Assembly: GCF_030028105.1 (NCBI RefSeq)
Contig: NC_092371.1
Span: 40,476,439-40,540,438, forward strand
Source of the DNA: Mobula birostris
Lineage: Eukaryota
Direction: 5' to 3'
DNA: 64,000 nucleotides
Part shown: positions 38,684 through 50,990 of the stretch, piece by piece
How positions within the stretch are numbered: the first letter of the stretch is position 1
How the letters are laid out: every line of letters starts with the position of its first letter
Position numbers and translations under genes: made by a program
The notes under the pieces: model-generated
Seen by the model: only the letters and a program-made list of their open reading frames with translations
Databases searched by the model: none
Told to the model about the DNA's origin: nothing

Positions 38684-40147
38684 TTGTAGAATTTGTATTG
38701 GGTATTGCTGAGACCGAATCTGTATTTGAATCTTATGTAAGAACGTATTCCTCATTTTTTTTAGGAGGAGAATGCTGGAGAACTCTGGAGTGACTGAGTT
38801 ACTGTAAGAGAAGAAATTTAACCAGACCAAGTTTGTTTTTCTTGCCAAGCAGTGATCCTTCAGTTTTATAGGCAGAGCAGCTCTCTGAGCAAATGGAAAC
38901 GTTCAATATGAGAGCTATTTGAAGCACTGTTAATCCAGTAGCTGTATTCAATCGTGCATATTGTGCTATGCATATTTGCTCACACTCACATGCAAGTTTG
39001 GACCTAAACACAGTAGATTGTATCCACTGCCTCCTTCCTTGTTTCACATCCTCTTGAAACCTCACACCTGGAGTCCCCTCTCTTGCCTTTCACTGGCTCC
39101 CTGACCTCTTTTTGCCTGCACACAGACAGCCCATCTTCTCTCTCTCCCCCCCCCCCACCCCCACCCCCACCCCAGCATCTCCTTACGGAGCACACCAGTC
39201 CGCACTTGTAGCTGAGTTCAGGTTCTTGTGGGATCCACAGTTGGGATTGATGGTGTGATCTGTGGACCCTGTATTGAAGGATTTCTCCAGAGGTTACTTA
39301 ATTTCATCCAGTATTTAAATAAATGGGTGATTCTGAGGGGCTTACTTCATTGGCTAGGGAGATGCGAGTTAAGGTTGAAGCCTTGAACTGGAAGCTGGCT
39401 GTTTAGAAGATATTTACCCTTTGTTATTAATGAGCAGCTAGCATTATGTGAATCTGAAAGCTGTGGATGTGGATATGAAGTGAAATGGAGACTGTTGAAA
39501 AGGTGAACTGAGGTAAATCTGCTCTAATATGTAATAGTACAAAAGACTCCAAACAGCTGAGTGGCCTCTCCATGCTCTTTTATGGTTACTTAGCTACAGC
39601 TATTGTTCAAGTATCTTGATCTTGAAAGTGATGAGCTGTAGTGATGCATACCAATACCTGACTTGCCAAATCTCTATACACATTACCAAGCATTAAAGTG
39701 ACTGGGCGGATGGATTTTCTTCGGGGGCGCAGGCATCTGCCAGTAGGAATGTATGCCTCATCTCGTCCATGCTTTTGGGGGGAGGGGGAAACTCCTCCGT
39801 GAGTTGCAACTTCTAAGGTCGTGGATGTTGAGGAGACTCCCTAGCTTACTAAGTCCGTGAAGACATTTGCTGGCCACTATTCCCATGCCTGCTTGTTTTC
39901 CCCCATCACAGCTGTTTCTGTGACTCTTTCCCAGACACTTGTTTTTGTTCATTTCTGACTTGCAGACAGTTTGAGTTATAAACAGATCTCAGCAACGGGA
40001 CCCTTTTGTAACCTGGGAACTGCCTGTAGTGACTAAAACTTGTCTGATTGCTTCAACTTGCTTTTGCTCACTGACATTATGCATGGAAATGAAATAAATA
40101 TCTCTGTAGGTCTGAAGAGTTTGTTTGTTGTTTTGTCAACATAAAAA

Positions 40148-40530
40148 CCAATTGCCCACCATTGAGAACATCTACCATAAACACTGCCTGGGCAAGGCGA
40201 AAAGCATTATTGCATCTCACCCTAACCATGGATTTTTTTACTCTCCTCCCATCCGGTAGGCACTACAGGAGCCTCCGCTCCTGCACCAGCAGGCATAGGA
40301 AGAGCTTCTTCTCTGAGGCTGTGACCCTGCTGAACCTCACATCACAGCGCTAAGTAGTATTGCACCCATATTGTACTGTCTCAGTACTTTTATATTTGTG
40401 TACTGTAGCACTTTTTATTCGCAGTTATTTTGTAAATAACACTTTTTTGCATTTCTGGTTAGATGCTAACTGCATTTCATTGGCTTTGTATCTGTACTCG
40501 GTACAATGACAAAGTTGAATCTAATCTAAT
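40148..40530 (+). mobile_element. Rex1/Babar-like LINE 3' end
   Basis: FFTLLPSGRHYRSLRSCTSRHRKSFFSEAVTLLN, followed by a UTR and an (AATCT)n tail. Confidence 0.8.
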
Positions 40531-41429
40531 AAAATGAAGCATAAATAATTCAATGTCTTGAGAGAACTGTGTCTGTAGCATTTTTTTTTCAAAATTTGAC
40601 AAAAAGCTGGACTTTTGGTACTATCTATTGTGAAACATTCAACTAGTCTATCCTGCCACTTTTATATAAAGTAGAAATCCACTTGTGTATTATAGTTTTT
40701 AATTTAAAATTTTTATTACATTTTTGAGGTAAAAAAAAATTAGTTTTGAAAATATCTTGGTTGACTGGATTTGCATTTAGAATTGGAGTTGTGAAGTTGT
40801 AATACAATAGCTTTCTTCGCCATTCTTTGAAAGTCATGGCTTCTCAACTTGGGGTCTACAGACTACTCAGTTAATGATAGGTGTCCATGGCATAGACCTA
40901 TTGGCATCTGGTGAACATGCACTCTGATTCATGCAAATGTGTCCATTGGAAACCAGTAGTTAAGCTTAGCTTACCACTCTTGGAAATTAATCTCTTTATT
41001 TCTCTTCTATAAATTTAAAAAAACTCATAAGGCAAACATAATAAATTTCTGTTAAATAACTGGCTTAAGCCAAATAGGATTTAATTTTTCCAAAGGTTGA
41101 CTTGGTAGATTTAATTTAAATACAGGTTGTAAATTGATTTTAATTAATGCTATTTACAACATGAAAATTTATTGACAACGCTGAATAGTAAAGTTACTAA
41201 AAACCATAAGCCAAAGCCACACTGCTCCTCAAAGGCAGACCTTTTGTTTCCAGATATGAAGACAAAGCATTTAATATATCTTGGCCTTTTTCTGTTGCAA
41301 ACAGCTGCCTGAAACAAAGTTCTCTTGAATTTCACCATTATTTGCAAATCCTGCAAATACTACAACATGACATTTATAGGTAAAATTTATTGACTCATCA
41401 ACCTGGATAGAGAAGCTATTGTTTTTTTA

Positions 41430-42060
41430 AGATTGAGGATGCGCAGTCCTCTTTTATTGTCATTTAGTAATGCATGCATTAAGAAATGATACAATGTTCC
41501 TCCAGAATGATATCACAGAAACACAAGACAAACCGACTGGAAAAACTGACAAAAAACACATAACTATAACACATAGTTACAACAGTGCAAAGCAATACTG
41601 TAATTTGATGAAGAACAGGCCATGGGCACGGTAAAAAAAAAAGTCTCAAAAGTCTCTCGAAAGTCCCATCATCTCATGCAGATGGTAGAAGGAAGATGAA
41701 ACTCTCTTCCTGTCATGAGCTTCCAGTGCCACAAACTTGCCGATGCAGCATCCTGGAAGCACCCAACCACAGCTGACTCCTGAGTCCGTCTGAAAACTTT
41801 GAGCCTCCAACCAGCCCTCTGACACCGAGCGCTTCGGCCCCGGCAATAGGCAAAGCCGAGGATTTGGGGCCTTCCTTCCGGAGATTCTCGATTGCACAGT
41901 GGCAGCGAAGCAGGCATTTCAGAAGTTTCTCCAGGTGTTGCTCCGTGCTTCTCACGTCTGTCTCCATCAAATCAGGATTGTGCGCGGCCCCTAGTTAACA
42001 CATACGATTTCATTTCGGAGCGGCCGTGCACGCTGTGTCGCGTCGTCATCTTCTCCTTCC
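41430..42060 (-). mobile_element. ~630-bp non-autonomous retroelement, copy 2
   Basis: Colinear with 6353-7018. Confidence 0.75.
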
Positions 42061-42084
42061 CTCAGTCTATCACACAAAACCTCT

Positions 42085-43216
42085 TCAGTATCATGTGACA
42101 TGTCATCGCTACATCAACTTACCATACTGCTTGAGAGTAAAATCTTTTCAATTTCTTGTACTGCATCTTGTCCTAGCGTTTTACCCACTATGATTTTACA
42201 ATACTAGGTTCTCACCAACTGTGATTTTCTTTCCCCCTCTCTTCCTCCCCCGCCCCCACCCCACTTCTGGATAATAAGTTCTGCTTCTAAATAACTTGCT
42301 TCCTGAACCCTTTTACTGACTGTGAAATCATTAACAAAAGCTTTACTCTGTTTTGAGATTCCCAATAGTCGTTTAAAATAAATAACACTTTTATGTATCA
42401 TATGGCTGTGATTTGTAGTTAAGTGTCTTTTCAATTTGGCTGGAGCCATTGCTACATTTGCAAGTGGCTTGCCACAGACTAGGCACAATGGAATAGGACA
42501 ACTTGGATCACCAGTCCATGTAAAACCCATTGATCAGTAGCTTTCATTGTAATGATGGGCTTTTTTAATGTCTATTGTTGCACTAGTGCAGTGAAATGAC
42601 ACAGAAAATTGTACCATCAGCCAGACATGTATGTAAAACACAGGGGTTAATAAAATATAATAAAAAGAATGGCATAATAAATAACTAAACAAGAAAACTG
42701 CAAAAACTACGAAAACTTCACAATGTAACTCACTTCTAATCTACACAACCGACCTTTTTGTAACATTCACAACAGCAAAGTGGCAGGCCAGCAGCTAAAC
42801 TGTGGCATGTAAAAATAAATAAATAAAATTCCTTTAAAATGAAAATTTCCCTCCAATTTTCTACTACACTTGCAGCTTGTAAGGGAAACTTAGCGGAGGT
42901 ATTCGGGAGGGAGAGGCTGACGTCACGGCCCAAGTTGGGTGAGTCCATTCAATGCTTGGAAAACGAGTTTCATGCTCCCCATCTTGCTGTCCTTCCCTCT
43001 GTGTAATGCAGCGCTCACCATTTGTCAAAGGCCTCCCCATCTCACGTCACAAACTGGGAATAAAATAAACCAAATAATCATGGTCCCAGTGCGCACTGCC
43101 ACACTGGGCTGAGAGACCGCTAATGAGATTGCGAACGGGGCTGCTCAGCAGTCCGGGCACTAGTCTCGTACATTACGTGAAGTTCAAAAAAAACTTTCGA
43201 CCTCTCTTAAACCCTG
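42085..43216 (-). mobile_element. hAT Charlie/Buster-type transposon 5' fragment with transposase N-terminus (pseudogenised)
   Basis: MGFTWTGDPSCPIPLCLVCGKPLANVAMAPAKLKRHLTTNH is the BED-type finger of Buster/ZBED5-like transposases. A candidate terminus CAGGGTT lies at 43216, next to CTGTAGAG. Confidence 0.78.
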
Positions 43217-43414
43217 CTGTAGAGAGTCTATTCTGATTGTGTCGCATCCTTTAGAGCTAGATTGGAGTCTACCACTGATTTTTTTTTTCCTCTTTCTAGT
43301 TGGTGGATGATCTGATTTGGTTAGCCCTTTGATTCACTTTCAGTTCAAGGAACCTACCTTAAATACTGTACTTCATGGATTTGGGTGTGATAGAATGGGG
43401 TAGTTTGTGCTGAT

Positions 43415-43950
43415 TCAGCATGTCATCTAAAACTTTAGCACACTTCCGACAGATAAATAGTGAATAGCCTGACTGGTTGCACTATGGCCTGGTATGGAAA
43501 CACCAATGCCCAACACTGGAAAAGCCTACAGACAGGTGGTGAATACAGCCCAGTCCATCACAGGGAAAACACTCCCCACCATTAAGCACTGCCACAGGAA
43601 AGCAGCATCCATCATTAAGTATCTCCTCCATTCAGGCTATTATTGTTCTTCACCCATTATTCTACTGAACCAGAGTGAATAACCCACTCACCTCAACTCT
43701 GAGCTAATTCCACAAACTATGGACTTACTTTCAAGGACTCTAGAAATCATGTTTTCAGTATTATTTGTTTATTTATTATTTTATATTTTCACAGCTTGTC
43801 TTTTGCACATTGGTTGTTTGTCAGTCTTTGTAGTTTTTCATTGATTTGTAGTATTTCTTTGATCTACTGTGAATTCCTGCAAGGTAATAAATCTCAAGGT
43901 GGTGTATGGTGACATTATACATACTTGAATAATAAATTTACTTTTGAATT
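43415..43950 (+). mobile_element. Rex1/Babar-like LINE 3' end
   Basis: LTGCTMAWYG and QVVNTAQSITGKTLPTI…KAASIIK remnants plus a 3' UTR. Confidence 0.72.
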
Positions 43951-46790
43951 TTGCAACCTTGGAGAAAGTGAAGAATTCCCTGTTCTGTAATTTTAAAAGG
44001 TTTGCTTGTATGGTCTTTCAATAGGATAAAGTTTCCCAAGATGATTGAAGTGTTATCAAATAAGACTTGATGCAGACCCACAAAGATGGTCAAAAACTTT
44101 GGAGGGTTTTAAGGAGCACCTTTTTAAAGGAGACCACCAGTGCTGAGGTTTGAGGAAGAAATTCTATAACTTGGGGGGCCTATTCAATTATTGAAGGGGC
44201 TGTGAACGCAAGGATGTGCAACCAGCCAGAAAAGGAGCAGTTCGGATACCATGCTGTGTTTTCAAGCTGACAGGAGTGATTGAGATGAGGTGGGGTGGGC
44301 TACAGAGGGAATTGTAAATGAGAGTGAAGATCTTAAGCTAAAAAAAACTGCTAGGGGAACTCAGCAGGTTTCTTAGTTTTTATTTTGCCTCAGATTCTAG
44401 CGTCTGTGTTTTCTTGCCTCCAGTGAAGGTACTTTTAAAGTTGTGGCGTGAATGGACCAGGTGGGAGGGTAGACCAGTGAATATATGAGGTATTGATAAA
44501 ATGGCACTTAGTGGAAGTTAGGATATAGATGACAAAAAGTTTTGCATGAATTGAAGTTTATATGGTGTAAAAAAAAAGATTGGACTAATTGTATATCATT
44601 GTTAGGTAACATCTAAGCTGCTAAGAACGGTCAGTGTGTACATCTTTCTTCAAAGCATTGGTTATCTTAATTTTGTAATCAGGAATATGACTTGCATTTT
44701 CTTTATTTTGGGGTCTGATGCTGTTGCAGGATTATAATACTTATTATTTAATTTGCTTTCAAGAATGCCTGACATTTTTTTTGTTGCACCTTACTGGTTT
44801 TCATTAACTATGGAAGTTTGAGGACTGCAATGTGTTGGAGCTCCCTCTAGAGTTAAAATAACTAATGAAAAATGTGTGCGTTCAAGATTCTTTACAAGAA
44901 GCCTCTTGAATTGTATAAAAACAAGGTCTTCATCGTCCTGTTTTTTTTTGTTGCTTAATTTTTGTGTTTATTTATTCACTTGTCATTGCTGCCAAGCGCA
45001 CATATCCATTTTAACCTGGGTCTCATTAAACTGTTCCTGTCAACTAATTTATTTCCATTCCTTCACTTTCAACCTTTGTGGTCTTTTGTTCATGTGATTT
45101 GACCAAGGATTTAATTCTGACAATAGATCAAACTTCAGTGTAACATAGTAAACTAATTTTAAAAATGCATATTGCACATTTACCAGTAAAAGAATGTTTG
45201 TTCTACAATTAGCTAAAGTTTATATGGTGTTAAGGTAATATGGTTACATAACTTTTAAAATTAAAGGTGCTACTTGTGTGTTTGGAGGGGGGAAGAAGGT
45301 GAGAAGAGAGCACAAAGCTATGGGCATTTTGATTATCCTGTTTCTAATCTTAAATACACAGATGTTCAGTGATTATTTAGCATGGTGATTTAGTGTTGCT
45401 GACAACCCCTTCAGGCATTTCCTAATGGACTTAACTGGCAGTAATTAAACTGATTTGTTTGTGGTTTAATTTTAGTTTCTTCCATTTAAAGGGATGTTGT
45501 CGTCTTCATGATGAAATTCCAGGCCATGGTTAAATGCTGTAAATGAAGTAATAATCTGTTTTAAGAGAAAACATTCCGCAAGTTTAGTTTTTAAAAGATG
45601 CATTTTTACTTCATAGGATTTTGTACTTCAATGCAGATTGAATCTATTTACCTCTAATATATGTGCCACATCACATCTACACGTCTAGGTACATGCAACA
45701 GAATTGTGAGAATCCTGGGAGTTTGTAAGATCTTTTGTCCTGGGATCTTTCCTCATTGGGATTGAACTTCTGTTGACACAATCTTGATGTCTCAGATAAA
45801 ATAGAGAGATTGTGTGTAATGTTGAACAGTTGAGAGCATTTAAAGGGAGGGGGTGGAAAGAACTGAATTGCATCTGGTCATACTGGAAACTGTCCGGTTA
45901 AAAACAGATTCTGAAGTTATTTGAAGTTCTAAATTTGCAGTTAGAATTCAGAAGAAAATGCAATTTGTAAGTATGACTAATGGCATGGCTTGTTAAACAT
46001 AATAAGTAGTGTCCAATTGGCTTTGATACTATCCACTTGAGTAATTGAACTCTTAAGTCAGGATTTGTACAATACGGAAGGATTCTTTCTTTACAGTATC
46101 AGAATTGGAAATAAATCCTGAGAAATGGCTTTTGAACTTATTTTAGAAGTTGGTTTCTGCCTAAATCTGGTCATCTGATTAAATGTAGTTTTAATTGTTT
46201 TTAGCTTGCCTGCATTTGTTAACCATAATTGATCTGATATGAGGAGAATAGTAAGGAAATTGAAGGAAGAACGCCACTTGCAGCAGGTTTAAAGAAAACA
46301 TGTTTGGACATTGGAGGAAATCAATCAATAACAGGTCCCATTGTGTGTAATGAAATATTAAGCTACGTGAAGTTTGCAGAACAGCTCCAAAGATTTCACT
46401 GTGATTGTAAATGAATAGAATTAACTTGACTGATCACAGAAATAATATAATTTTTTTTTAAGAACACTGATTAAATCTATGTTCCCTCATGGCAGTAAGC
46501 ACACCTCGTATGTGTGATTTAGCTGGGCAGTAGGTGACTGGTATTTGTAGACAGGAGACTTTAGTCTTTTTGGGAATCCTGCTCTTGGTATCTGTGAGTG
46601 GCTTATCATACATAGTACTGGAAGCCAGATCACTAATTTTCACTTCCAAAATGAAACAGACTAAATGAAATGTTAACTCATTATGGTTTGCGCTTGCATT
46701 TTAATTGTATATTTTCCATCAAATTGCACCTACTTTCAAAGTATGTATACATTATACAACCTTGAGACTCGTCTCCTAACAGACAACCAT

Positions 46791-46795
<5 letters not shown>

Positions 46796-46834
<39 letters not shown>
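46796..46834. repeat. (TG)n microsatellite
   Basis: About 19 uninterrupted units, read directly. Confidence 0.95.
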
Positions 46835-46835
<1 letters not shown>

Positions 46836-47501
46836 TCTTTTTTTAAAAAAAAGACCATTGAATACCCAGTGTGCAGAGGCAAAAAAAACATCATTGCATA
46901 CAATAACTGCAAGCAGATAGCATTCTGAACTGAAGTCTGCAAAGAGCATCTCATAGTTCAGTGCAGACCTGAGTTGCGGAACAGCAATCTGAACCAGTTT
47001 GTCCCTCGCCTTGACACCCCGACACCCTGGCCTTCTCAATCTGGCCTAGCACCTAAATCGATGTCCAAACATCCGGTACAACCTCTCTGATACGCTGTGG
47101 GGCCAGGACTCCGCTGCCTCGATTCAGCCCTATACTTAAATCTCTGTCCAAACACATCGGGTTCAATGGTCCTGATCCACTCTGGTGTCTGGACCTCGCT
47201 GCCCTGATTCAGCCTGTAATCAACCTTTCTGATTTGGCCCTGTATTTGAGCCTCCGGGCAAACATTGCGTTCAGTCGATTAAGCAATTGAGAGAAGCTGC
47301 GCTTTCTTAATTGATATTCTCTATTTTTGTCAAAGTTGGCAAAAATAATGTGTTAAATCTAATAATTCTGTTAACTGGAGGGCTCATTTCATTAACAGGG
47401 TGGTGAGGGGAAATGCTCTAAAGGATGCTTTGCGAAGTCTGTTTAGAAGAATGATGGGTGTTTGTTGATACTAAGCAGTTACTGCTGTTATTGCTTTGCA
47501 G

Positions 47502-50117
47502 GTTCTCAAGTATGTCAAAACGACGGAGTTGGGGAAACAAGCGCAAAGAAATGCAGGACTGAAGAAACCAACATCTGTAAGAAATGTTGTGCTGAGTTCT
47601 TTGATCTTTCCAAGTTCCTTGAGCACAGGAAAAATTGCACTAAAAACCCACCAGTTTTGATTATGAATGAAGGCGAGAAGGAAATGCCTCCTAAGGACTG
47701 CCCAGAGTCTTGTCCAGATAACTTTCCGAATGGCCAAATGAACAATCAATCTAAAAATAAAGATAGCCCCGAAGAAAGAATGCGTGAAGAGAGTGAAACT
47801 GCTGAAATGAATGTTGATAATGTAGAATCTCAAAAACCATGTGCCTCTAATGCTGCTACAAGTTTACATCCAGCCTCTGATGTTAGCTATGTTTCCCAGT
47901 CTAAGATACCAAACACTAATGTCACATTGGAGACTATTCACAACACTAAAGTTGCAGTGACTCAGCACGTTCCAGACGATGCTTCTGCCAACAACTCAAA
48001 TGCAACTGCAAGCGTCAATGTCATTCCAATCTTGCTTGAGCAGTTGGTCTGCCTGCAGCAGCAACAGCTTCAACAGATACAGTTAACTGAGCAAATCCGC
48101 ATCCAGGTGGCAACGATGGCACCTCATTCTCTTCATCCATCTATTGTTGCAGCTGCAGACCCCCTTAAAGCATTGGGGGCACACCTTTCACAGCAGCTTT
48201 CGGCTGCTGCTGCTTTAATTGGGCAGAAAGTGGGTAGCCAAAGCTACTCGATAGAAGGTTTTAAGCCAGTACAGGTACCTCATTCTTCTGTTGGTTCAAC
48301 TCATTTTAACAAAAGCTTGCACCATTCCTCTGAGCCGGCGTCTCTCCAGACAACGAGCACCCTAACTTCACTGACTTCCAAACCTGATTCCATCTTGTGC
48401 TCTGAAAATCCAGCCAGGCTTAAGCATGGCAACCTTACCAGCTCGGTTGCAAGATTTCCAAATCCCTTGCTACCTCGGTCCCCAAATACAGCAACTATTC
48501 ACAGCCCACTGATTGGACTATCTGCAGCTTCAGCAGCACGAAATCAGAAAGGCAAGCCTCCGAACGTCGCCGTATTTGAAACAAAGTCTAATTCGGAAGA
48601 GTCCTTTTTCAAACACAAGTGCAAGTTCTGTGGCAAAGTGTTTGGAAATGACAGTGCCCTGCAGATTCATATCCGTTCTCACACAGGTGAGCGACCTTAC
48701 AAATGCAATATCTGCGGCAATCGTTTTACAACTAAAGGCAATCTGAAGGTTCATTTCCAGCGACACAAGGAGAAGTACCCGCATATCCGAATGAATCCAT
48801 ATCCTGTTCCAGAACATTTGGACAATGTTCCAACCAGCAGTGGAATTCCATATGGTATGTCTATACCTGTTGATAATTCTGCGAATTGGGCAGACACCAA
48901 ACCTGTCTTGCAAACTTTGCCCAATTCCATTGGATTGAATCTGTCGACTGCTTTTGAGGACACTTCAGATAAAGCACCAGCAAGTGATTTTCTGCAAAGG
49001 CGATCTCCAGCAGTAAGTGAAACTGCATCTTTGTCATCGAATATCAGCAGCTACGAGTCAAATGCTGAAGCTAAGTCTACAAATGAGAATGGCAATCCAC
49101 CTACTTCCATAATGTCTGAAACCTCAAAGCCCAAGCAACCTTTTGGTAATGTACTTGATAATAGCCAAACGTCTGAGACATCCAAGCTTCAACAGTTAGT
49201 GGAAAATATAGACAAAACATCAGCTGACCCAAATGAATGTGCTGTGTGCCATCGTATACTAAGTTGTCAGAGTTCACTGAAAATGCATTATCGTACCCAC
49301 ACTGGTGAAAGGCCTTTCAAATGTAAAGTTTGCGGCAGAGCTTTTTCCACAAAGGGCAACCTCAAGACTCACTATGGAGTTCATAGGGCAAAACCTCCTT
49401 TGCGGGTACAGCACTCGTGCCCGATTTGCCACAAGCGGTTCACTAATGCTGTTGTTCTTCAGCAGCACATTAGAATGCACATGGGAGGTCAAATCCCAAA
49501 CACCCCTCTGCCTGAAGGCTATTATGATGGTTCTGATCCAGAGCCAGCTTTAGCAGATGAAAATGCTGAACTTGACAGCAGTTTTACGGATGAAAATATG
49601 GATGAATCTGAGTTGGATGGGGAGAAAAGCGCAAAGGTGCCAGCAAGTGAGTATTCGAAACCAGTTTTGCCTTACAGTGACTTACCGGCCAACTCTCCTC
49701 TGCTGGTTTTCTCCAATATAGCTGCTTTGGAAAGTCAGATGAAAATGATTAACTCTAACTCTAATGTAAGCTTGCAGCGGCAGAGCAGTTTAAAATCCAG
49801 TGAGAATGGCTCTCCTGAAAGTGAAGGAATGGCTAATGATTCTCTTTCGGCAGTAGGAGATCAAGAACACCAGAATAACCAGAGCCCAGGTGCTGCGGAA
49901 TCCGCATTGTTTCAAGCTTCGTCTCCTGCTAACAGCTTTAATGGCAGCCACGTGTCCAAGTCGCCAGGATTCCCTAACGAAAATGTAGCAACAAAAACTG
50001 AGCCTGTTGAGACATCTGAACTGACAAATGATGCTGCGTTAGACTTAACATCTGCCAATATTCATCGGAAGGTTAAGGAAGAAGTCACTAATGTTCCGTT
50101 TACTAATGGGGATTGCA
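47502..50117 (+). CDS. SALL4: SALL4 large coding exon 2 (C2HC finger, Q-rich region, double and triple C2H2 clusters); gene continues beyond the window
   Basis: Acceptor TTGCTTTGCAG ends at 47501, and its phase matches exon 1 (G+GT = Gly). The open frame contains a C2HC finger (47576-47638), [19 protein letters not shown], a C2H2 pair with the SAL box FTTKGNLK, and a C2H2 triplet. Donor GTAAGT at 50118 (phase 1). The exon ends before a further finger pair, as in SALL4 rather than SALL1/3. Confidence 0.95.
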
Positions 50118-50857
50118 GTAAGTATGGAAAGAATATATGTAGTTTAAACTTTGCTATTTAATTTTGGTATGGTCTCCAGTCTATTCTTTGTGACTCTGCT
50201 CCATTAACATCGTAGCTTATAATTGGGTGCTCATTTCAATAGGCCTTGGTAATTGTAAACAGGAACCTTTTGTACAAAAATAAAACTTGTGTAAGTGAAT
50301 CTCAGCACTTTTAAAGTATGCTGAGATCTGATGAGATAAGTGAAGTGGTTTCGTGGTGTAAGACAAGCGATGGCTGGTCTCCCACCCTTCTGTCAAATAA
50401 AGAGGAAGAAGAAAACTATTGTTCTATTTCCTCTTGTAACTGTCTGTTTCTTGGGCAGTGATTGTTGTCCAGTAACTAATCCTGGCCTATTTCTGTATTA
50501 TTGCTGAGGAGGAAACTGATTTTAGTTCCCTTTTGACTGCCAATTTCAAGAAGCTTTGGAGCAGTCTTAAAACTGTCTTTATCACTGGTCAAGCTGAGAT
50601 CAGTGGTTTTGAGACCAGAGATTGAACCTGAGAACTTTTCAAAATAAAGTGTCTATCAACAGCATTTCATCAGAGAGATGGGGTGGGGGCACGTCAATGC
50701 ACTCTGAACTGCAAGGAAACTGAAGGTATTGAGTATCAGGGTAGTGCTATATTGTAGAACAAGATTTGTAACAAATGCCAGATATTTTCAGTGAATGAAG
50801 GATTGTTGCAAATAATCTTATGATTATAGACATAAAATATATTATAAGCAACGTTTC

Positions 50858-50990
50858 TCACATACAAATGCTGGAGGAACTCAGCAGGTCAGGCAGCACC
50901 TATGGAGAAGTGTAAACAGTCAACGTTATGGGCTGAGACCCTTTTTCAGGACTGGAAAGGAAGTGGAGACGTCCAAAATAAAAATGGAGA
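50858..50990 (-). mobile_element. Penelope-tail fragment with degenerate hammerhead motif
   Basis: The minus strand reads CAGTC CTGAAAA AGGGTCTCAGCCC ATAA CGTT GACTG, followed by the shared tail. Confidence 0.75.

Noticed and set aside
47462-47501. N-terminal extension [13 protein letters not shown] of the 899-aa ORF
   Set aside because: The TTG start is intronic, upstream of a good acceptor whose phase matches exon 1.
47471-49553. Alternative-frame and antisense ORFs within exon 2
   Set aside because: They are short, lack domain features, and are expected by chance over a long coding exon.
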